Assembly: GCA_937911395.1 (NCBI GenBank)
Contig: CALDSI010000020.1
Coordinates: 1-53,911 of the forward strand
Direction of reading: 5' to 3'
DNA: 53,911 nucleotides
Source of the DNA: an uncultured Labrenzia sp.
GTDB taxonomy: Bacteria > Pseudomonadota > Alphaproteobacteria > Rhizobiales > Stappiaceae
Under the pieces are notes generated by a model. The model ran no database searches. It was given only the letters and a program-made list of their open reading frames with translations, and was not told the DNA's origin. Positions 49,033 to 53,911 of the stretch are shown piece by piece; position 1 is the stretch's first letter; every line of letters begins with the position of its first letter. The translations under genes and the position numbers were made by a program.

Positions 49033-50172
49033 TTATCCGGTTTCGGCCAATGGACTGAGAGAGTGAAGATCCTTGGAGATGCGTATAAAGCTGTCCTTAG
49101 ACCTGCCCAAAAGGTTGAATGGCTTTCCATAAATCAGCTCCGCCGGCGTTTTTGTAGCGGCACGCAGGGCATCGGCCAGCGGAATGTCAACTTGGTCAAC
49201 CAAAACCCTGACAGCTGTCAACACGTCCAGATCCGCACCTGCCAACGTCCCGTCCTCGAGGGTCAGCCTCCCATCTGATCGGAAAATTTTTCGCCCATCC
49301 AGCTCGAATGAGGTCTCAGATGTTCCGGCAACCGCCATGGCATCGCTGACCAGAAATACCTCTCCCGGTCCGCTTTTTGCAGTTAATGCGATCCGCATCA
49401 TTTCCGGATGAACATGTATCCCATCGGCAATGAGCCCTGCGGACAAGGCGCCTGTCCCGAGGGCGGCTCCAACAACGCCGGGCTCCCGGTTGCCCATTTG
49501 GCTCATCGCATTGAAGAGATGCGTGACGCACTTGGCACCAGCCGCCCCATAGGCTTGAACGGTCGAGAAATCAGCATCCGAATGACCAATTGAAACGAGC
49601 GCTCCCGCCTGGCTCAGCTGTCGAACCTGCTCGAGAGTCGTGTTTTCCGGTGCAACGGTCAAAAGCAGAGCCGGGAGCGAACGGGCCGCCGCCAAAAGGA
49701 AGTTGAGGTCCTCATCGTCCATCGGCCGGATATAGGCAGCATCATGCGCCCCTTTTCGTGCAACAGACAAATGCGGACCTTCCAAATGCAGTCCAGCCAC
49801 CCCAGGAACGTCTTTCTCAACAGCCTGAGTTACCGCTGCAATTGCCGCCTTGGTTTTTTCACGCGTGTCCGTGATCAAAGTCGGCAAAAAAGCCCGAGTG
49901 CCTAAAGACCAATGCGCTTCGGCAATCCGGCGGACGGTCTCAACACTTGGATCATCGTTGAGCATGACGCCGCCGCCGCCATTCACCTGAAGATCAACGA
50001 AACCCGGAGAGATGATCTCATTGCCAAGATCAATGACTTCAGCGCCGCCGACAGTCTCATTGCCGGCACCAAATGCTTCAACTCCATTCGCGCCGAACCG
50101 AACAGCAGCATCCTCACAGAGATTGGCCCCGTCAAAAACCGCAGCCGCCTTGAAAACGATGGCCTGTGTCAT
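49033..50172 (-). CDS. nagA: N-acetylglucosamine-6-phosphate deacetylase
   Basis: PGFVDLQVNGGGG, PTLIT, HLEGP, GAH, TVAPE, GHS, THLFNAM, IADGIHV, VSDA, TLAGA. Confidence 0.95.
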   Translation of the reverse strand: MTQAIVFKAAAVFDGANLCEDAAVRFGANGVEAFGAGNETVGGAEVIDLGNEIISPGFVDLQVNGGGGVMLNDDPSVETVRRIAEAHWSLGTRAFLPTLITDTREKTKAAIAAVTQAVEKDVPGVAGLHLEGPHLSVARKGAHDAAYIRPMDDEDLNFLLAAARSLPALLLTVAPENTTLEQVRQLSQAGALVSIGHSDADFSTVQAYGAAGAKCVTHLFNAMSQMGNREPGVVGAALGTGALSAGLIADGIHVHPEMMRIALTAKSGPGEVFLVSDAMAVAGTSETSFELDGRKIFRSDGRLTLEDGTLAGADLDVLTAVRVLVDQVDIPLADALRAATKTPAELIYGKPFNLLGRSKDSFIRISKDLHSLSPLAETG

Positions 50173-51197
50173 ACGGTTTCCGTGACCTTGTTTAAATGCC
50201 GGGGGGCATCCGGGTTAATCCCCTGAAGCCCGGCGACATACTCAACCAAACCGTAGAAAGACACAATCGACGCAATCGGATCGGTCAGCCAATGATCCGT
50301 ACGTACGATCGGCAAAACGTTTGCGCGCTGCGCTTTTTCACTGTTCACGAAGACAGACGCTCCCATCTGTGACAGTTGATCAGCAACATCAACAACCGCT
50401 TGCTCGGCAGCATCGGCGGCGGCAAAGACAATGACTGGAAAACCATGGGATACAATGGAAACCGGGCCGTGCAAGACTTCTGCCGAGGAATAACTCTCGG
50501 CATGGAGCTGGCAAGTTTCCTTGAATTTCAGGGACGCTTCATTGGAGACCGCCCAGGACGGCCCGCGCCCCAATGTGAACAGAGATCCGATGTCTTTTTC
50601 CGGCGCAGCCTCCCGCCAATCACAAGCAACGGCGTCCTCCAGATGTGCCGACAGGTTCCGGATTGCAGCCAAGAGACCCGTGTCGGCCTTCAGCTCCGCG
50701 AGTAACCACAATCCGGCGACCAGCGATGTTACAAACGTCTTGGTCGCAGCAACTGACAGTTCCGGCCCGGCGTGGATCGGAACAGTCGCGCTTGCTGCTT
50801 CACTCAAGGGTGACCCCGGATGGTTGGTGATGGCGAGCGTTGTCGCGCCGGACTTGGTCAAAGACCGGGTCATTCGGGTGATGTCCGGGCTCTTGCCGGA
50901 CTGAGACACGGAAAAGCACAGCATGCCATCGGCCTTGAGGCTGGCCCCATAGACAGAGGCAAGCGAGGGCCCGACAGACGCCATTGGCAGACCCAGAAGC
51001 AACTCGGCAGCATACTTCAGATATGTACAAGCGTGATCAGAAGACCCCCGCGCAACAGACAAAAGGCAGCGCAGGTCGCTGTCCCGCAACTCTGAAGAAA
51101 TTCGCTTGATATCCGCATCCCCGGATGTGAGCAGGCGCTCGACCGCGGTAGGAATTTCCGCGATCTCCTGTTTCATTTTTGTAGGAGGAGATTTCAC
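50169..51197 (-). CDS. SIS-domain glucosamine-6-phosphate deaminase (NagB-II, GlmS-like)
   Basis: ARGSSDHA, SQSGKSPD, AGPELSVAATKT, EASLKFKET, SSAEVLHGP, PDAPRHLNKVTETV. GTG at 51197. Confidence 0.9.
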   Translation of the reverse strand: MKSPPTKMKQEIAEIPTAVERLLTSGDADIKRISSELRDSDLRCLLSVARGSSDHACTYLKYAAELLLGLPMASVGPSLASVYGASLKADGMLCFSVSQSGKSPDITRMTRSLTKSGATTLAITNHPGSPLSEAASATVPIHAGPELSVAATKTFVTSLVAGLWLLAELKADTGLLAAIRNLSAHLEDAVACDWREAAPEKDIGSLFTLGRGPSWAVSNEASLKFKETCQLHAESYSSAEVLHGPVSIVSHGFPVIVFAAADAAEQAVVDVADQLSQMGASVFVNSEKAQRANVLPIVRTDHWLTDPIASIVSFYGLVEYVAGLQGINPDAPRHLNKVTETV

Positions 51198-51207
51198 TGG
51201 CGCCCCC

Positions 51208-51963
51208 TCATCGATCAGACAGCCGGAGCTCTGCAACAAAGTCATAGGCGTCTCCGCGATAGATGGATTGTGTAAATTCCGCGACCCGTCCACTTTCCAG
51301 GTAAGAAATGCGCTGGATCCGAAGGCCTGCAGTGCCTTCTGGGACGCTCAAGAGGTGGGCGTCGGCAGGTTCAAGGTTGACCGCGGCGATTTTCTGGACA
51401 GCGCGGACAGGACGATGGCCATGTTTTGCCAGCACTTCGTAAAGCGACGTCACCACTTCGAGCGGATTGGGCAGAATGTCCAAAGGAAGGGCTGCGCGTT
51501 CCAAGGCCATCGGCTGACCACCTGCCTCCCGAAGGCGATAGATGCGCGCCACTTGATCGTCCGGTGTTAAGGACAAAGTCGCAATCTCTTCCGCATTCGG
51601 CATGAAAACCCCGCGCTCCAGCCATCTGGAATTTGTTTGCATGCCCCGGTTGGCCATATCCTCGGTAAACGAGGTTAGATGGGACAGGGACTGCTCTACC
51701 CGTTGCGTTGCCTCGCGCACAAATGAGCCAGAGCCCTGGCGCTGCTCAATCGCCCCATCCTTGACCATTTCCTGAATGGCCTTGCGCACCGTCACCCGTG
51801 AAAAACCGGTTAGTTCTGCGATTTCCCGCTCCGGAGGCAACGAACTGTTGGCCGGAAGCAGCCCGGTTTCGATAGCTTCTTCAAGTCGATGCCGAAGCTG
51901 CACGAATCTTGGCCCGGCGTTTTGAGAAAACCATTGATCAGGCATTAGGAAATCATTCAACAT
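51208..51963 (-). CDS. GntR/HutC family regulator, NagQ-like
   Basis: LPPEREIAE...SRVTVRKA..QGSGSFV helix-turn-helix plus UTRA domain, inside the nag operon. Confidence 0.9.
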   Translation of the reverse strand: MLNDFLMPDQWFSQNAGPRFVQLRHRLEEAIETGLLPANSSLPPEREIAELTGFSRVTVRKAIQEMVKDGAIEQRQGSGSFVREATQRVEQSLSHLTSFTEDMANRGMQTNSRWLERGVFMPNAEEIATLSLTPDDQVARIYRLREAGGQPMALERAALPLDILPNPLEVVTSLYEVLAKHGHRPVRAVQKIAAVNLEPADAHLLSVPEGTAGLRIQRISYLESGRVAEFTQSIYRGDAYDFVAELRLSDR

Positions 51964-52835
51964 GCGACCTGCACCTCTTTCGCAAATTCACGCGCGATAG
52001 AAATCGCACCATCGATCGGCGACCCGGCTGCTGATCTCAAACTCCTACGAACAGGTTCGGTGAGAAACGGTGCCAGGTGAGGCGCAAGACCGCCCGTCAA
52101 GCACACAGGCATTCCCGCTGACCATCCGAGATGCAGAAGATTTTCCTCAAAATACGCCACTGCCTGGTCTATCAGGCGCTCAGATACTGGATCATTGGAT
52201 TGCGAGAGAATTTCTGGCGCCAGAGTACCAAAATCAGCAGGTTTTGCTGTGTTCGCAAACGCAAGTATTCCCGCAGCTCCCCCATACCGATCTTTCAATG
52301 TCTCGGTCAGGACAGTCTGCTCAATAAGGTCATCTTCAGCATCAAGCACGAGAGCTAGTGCGGATTTACCAAACCATGCCGCCGATCCAAAATCGCCAAG
52401 GACCGCCCCCCAACCGCCAGAAAATCGCTTCTTTGCATCAACCTGGACACCAAAAAAAGCGCCCGTCCCACTGTGGATCAAGGCACCATCCTGTAGCCCC
52501 AGCGCACCTCGTAATGCTGCCGGCCGATCATCTTCAACCTTTATGCGCCTAAGCGGAACACCCTCTAGCAACCGCTCGCGGTCTCGGTTCGCCTGGTAGC
52601 CAGCCAGAGCGAAATAGGCGGGAACGCGGGCAAGATCGCCCTGAGCAAGATCTGCTCTGCCTGCGAGAGCCCTCAATCCAACGTTTATCTCCGAGAGAGC
52701 TGCATAAATGTCCGTTGTCACATTGGCGGAGCCGACTTCGACACGGATATCCGCAGCTGGCGAACTCAACGCCAAACGGCAGCGCGTACCGCCACCATCA
52801 ACCGCCAAAACCCACTGATCTGCGAAATCCATCAT
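51957..52835 (-). CDS. N-acetylglucosamine kinase (BadF/BadG/BcrA/BcrD ATPase family)
   Basis: VDGGGTRCR, GSAN, GTG, GGWGAVLGD.GSAAW.G, LTGG. Confidence 0.88.
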   Translation of the reverse strand: MMDFADQWVLAVDGGGTRCRLALSSPAADIRVEVGSANVTTDIYAALSEINVGLRALAGRADLAQGDLARVPAYFALAGYQANRDRERLLEGVPLRRIKVEDDRPAALRGALGLQDGALIHSGTGAFFGVQVDAKKRFSGGWGAVLGDFGSAAWFGKSALALVLDAEDDLIEQTVLTETLKDRYGGAAGILAFANTAKPADFGTLAPEILSQSNDPVSERLIDQAVAYFEENLLHLGWSAGMPVCLTGGLAPHLAPFLTEPVRRSLRSAAGSPIDGAISIAREFAKEVQVAC

Positions 52836-52969
52836 ATAATACCTATATAATACCTTTTGATAAAATCAACAGAAAAAGAGATACCAAAATTTGAATTAGA
52901 CACAGAATGACTCACTTATCCATTAACTTTGATTAACATCTGGACAAATGGTATTATAAAGGTATTATA
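52835..52969. promoter_or_regulatory. Tandem GGTATTATA direct repeats, probable NagQ operators
   Basis: TATAATACC at 52835-52843 and 52846-52854 (minus orientation). GGTATTATA at 52950-52958 and 52961-52969. 11-bp period in both pairs. Confidence 0.7.
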
Positions 52970-52991
52970 GCGAAAAATTACGGAGGATCGC

Positions 52992-53911
52992 GTGCCTGAG
53001 GCAACCACGGAAAAACTGCACAATCTTGCTTCTGGATTGGATTCACGTCCTTCAGAGAACGTTGCAGCGATCCTTATTGATGGTCAGGTCTCGGCCGCTC
53101 AGGCAACTTCTACAGCAACGGAACTCATCGCCGCAGCTGCTTACGACATGGCCACTTCAATAAGCACCGGCGGAGCCCTCTACTATGTCGCCGCAGGCTC
53201 GTCAGGCTTGATGGCAGCAGCTGATGCGATGGAGCTTGGCGGTACATTCGGCATTCCGGAGAATCAGGTCCAAATCCTTATGGCAGGCGGCATTCCCACA
53301 TCCGCGCATATGCCGGGCGACACGGAAGATGCGACGGCCAGCTTGGCTACAGATCTCGCAAAACTTTCGAAAAACGACACGATTATTGTCGTCTCAGCCA
53401 GTGGCTCCACGCCATACACACTTGAGGCAGCACGTCTTGGAAAAGAAGCCGGTGCGACCGTAATCGCAATCGCCAACAACTCGAACGCGCCGCTTTTTGC
53501 AATGAGCAAATACACCATTTATCTGCCAACCGCGCCCGAAGTCATCTCTGGTTCGACCCGCATGGGGGCAGGAACGGCCCAAAAAATCGCTTTGAATGCG
53601 CTTTCGACACTGATGGCCCTGAACCTGGGGCACATCTACGACGGTATGATGGTGAACTTGCGCGCTGACAACATCAAACTCCGGGATCGTGCTGTGCGAA
53701 TGGTGACAACGATCACTGGAACTTCTGATGAAGTTGCCGCCGGTGCACTCAAGTCAGCGGATGGCAATGTCAAGACAGCCTGCCTTTTGGCCGCTGGCGC
53801 GAGTTCGATCGAGCACGCAATCAGTCTTTTGGAAAACACTCGCGGGCATCTGCGCCCAGCGCTGGAACAAATCCGGGCAGCGCCCCGGAAGAACAAACCA
53901 TTTCTTCAAAC
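52992..53911 (+). CDS. murQ: N-acetylmuramic acid 6-phosphate etherase-like (no stop before window end; absent from the ORF track)
   Basis: GTG at 52992 after GGAGG. Hand translation gives YYVAAGSSGLMAAADAMELGGTFG, SASGSTPY, PEVISGSTRMGAGTAQKIALN, GHIYDGMMVNL.ADN.KL. Confidence 0.88.
   Translation, partial: MPEATTEKLHNLASGLDSRPSENVAAILIDGQVSAAQATSTATELIAAAAYDMATSISTGGALYYVAAGSSGLMAAADAMELGGTFGIPENQVQILMAGGIPTSAHMPGDTEDATASLATDLAKLSKNDTIIVVSASGSTPYTLEAARLGKEAGATVIAIANNSNAPLFAMSKYTIYLPTAPEVISGSTRMGAGTAQKIALNALSTLMALNLGHIYDGMMVNLRADNIKLRDRAVRMVTTITGTSDEVAAGALKSADGNVKTACLLAAGASSIEHAISLLENTRGHLRPALEQIRAAPRKNKPFLQ

Overview
Alphaproteobacterial DNA, Rhizobiales/Roseibium-Labrenzia-like. This is inferred from the gene families and the Irr/RirA-, NagQ-, NtrC- and CueR-type sites, not from a database search. 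The window is densely coding, with no rRNA, tRNA, CRISPR array or intact IS found. Left to right: a 5'-truncated dihydropyrimidinase; CopA P1B-ATPase with a CueR-type promoter; an amidase broken by a frameshift and a stop; a lipoate-ligase-family gene; lldD-dld lactate dehydrogenases; a ~1366-aa probably secreted multidomain protein (GH64-like N-terminus, DUF4114-like domain, C-terminal FDxxYYL repeats); a guanidine-I-riboswitch plus sigma54-controlled operon (ABC transporter, GdmH-like guanidine hydrolase, unknown His-rich protein); an uncharacterised N-heterocycle uptake/catabolic cluster; TetR with an NBD-less ABC membrane protein and an RND pump; a Dpp-type ABC system with only a degraded ATPase remnant; TetR and a crotonase; a complete TonB/ExbBD-hmu heme uptake locus; and a GlcNAc/MurNAc operon ending in cutC, with divergent murQ truncated at the window end. 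The best novelty candidate is the guanidinase operon, where a His-rich unknown protein sits in the slot usually filled by HypA/HypB-type Ni chaperones. Short patches of clustered non-conservative substitutions suggest local sequencing errors, so pseudogene calls are tentative. All family calls come from motif recognition by eye; no searches were run.
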